64,000 bases of DNA from Xanthobacteraceae bacterium. GTDB taxonomy: Bacteria; Pseudomonadota; Alphaproteobacteria; Rhizobiales; Xanthobacteraceae. The position numbers were made by a program, and so were the translations under genes. The stretch lies in assembly GCA_035703785.1 (NCBI GenBank), contig DASSXN010000118.1, positions 40,202-104,201 of the forward strand. Reading direction: 5' to 3'. The notes beneath the pieces are model-generated. The model was not told the DNA's origin. It saw only the letters and a program-made list of their open reading frames with translations, and searched no databases. Below are positions 63,640 to 64,000 of the stretch, one piece after another. Every line of letters starts with the position of its first letter. Positions within the stretch are counted from its first letter, which is position 1.

Positions 63640-64000
63640 ACGATTCGTCGTCTCATTTCTCCGATCCGCGCTTGGCGAAGCTCGACGGCTTTCGCGTCGA
63701 GATCGACGGCGCGCACGAACGCGCCGACATCGTGCTCGACCGGCCGCCGCTCAACGTCATCGAGATGGAACAGCGCGATCAGCTTCGCCTTGTGTTCGAG
63801 GCGCTCGACGACGATGCGCGCGTGCGCGTGGTCGTGCTGCGGGCGGCGGGTGAGCATTTTTCCTCCGGCGGTAATATCGCAGGTTTTCTGCAAGCTTCCC
63901 CGGAACACGTTGCCAAACTGGCGTGGAACATCGCCGCGCCGGCGCGCTGTATGAAGCCGGTGATCGCCGCCAATCGCGGCTATTGCTTCGGCGTCGGTTT
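63636..64000 (+). CDS. enoyl-CoA hydratase/isomerase (crotonase) family protein, 3' end outside window
   Basis: ATG 63636 overlaps the ligase stop (ATGA). My translation gives ...RVVVLRAAGEHFSSGGNI...KPVIAANRGYCFGVG, the crotonase oxyanion-hole region. Confidence 0.8.
   Translation, partial: MNDSSSHFSDPRLAKLDGFRVEIDGAHERADIVLDRPPLNVIEMEQRDQLRLVFEALDDDARVRVVVLRAAGEHFSSGGNIAGFLQASPEHVAKLAWNIAAPARCMKPVIAANRGYCFGVG

Noticed and set aside
1-64000. Mobile genetic elements, prophage, defence islands, tRNA or rRNA genes
   Set aside because: I recognised no transposase, integrase, phage structural, restriction/CRISPR/toxin-antitoxin, or tRNA-like (T-arm GGTTCGAATCC) signatures in any frame. The AT-rich islets carry only secreted or hypothetical genes.

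Overview
High-GC alphaproteobacterial chromosome segment; the gene content and the REP-type repeats look like Bradyrhizobiaceae/Nitrobacteraceae. About 60 genes are supported, mostly housekeeping, envelope and catabolic. They include map, radC, lepA, ahcY, pckA, modABC, mepA, and the conserved block chvI-chvG-hprK-EIIA(Man)-NPr. There is also a sugar-acid dehydratase cluster, a three-gene glycosyltransferase cluster (GT9/GT39/GT87), an RND efflux pair, an SBP56/methanethiol-oxidase-like gene, and an acyl-CoA ligase/crotonase pair. I found no rRNA, tRNA, CRISPR array, transposase, integrase or phage genes. Many long ORFs in the track are antisense shadow ORFs or upstream over-extensions, so starts were re-picked using Shine-Dalgarno (SD) sites and homolog-like N-termini. 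The best candidate for something new is an AT-rich islet at 50.9-51.5 kb. It carries two divergently transcribed small genes whose products both have double-glycine (GG) leaders with a shared leader motif. One core is Gly/Ala-rich and resembles a class II bacteriocin; the other is Pro/Cys/aromatic. A perfect palindrome lies between them, and no exporter or immunity gene is nearby. Other points of interest: a 161-bp double-hairpin repeat (tandem pair plus one distant copy); a 61-bp element shared upstream of two AT-rich secreted-protein loci; a truncated porin gene translationally coupled to an AT-rich novel membrane protein; 15-bp tandem repeats that multiply a stop-codon module and a start-codon module; a T-depleted, phased-repeat region upstream of pckA; radC without a canonical start codon; and several families of REP/MITE-like hairpin repeats. 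All functional calls rest on motif recognition by eye, with no database search.
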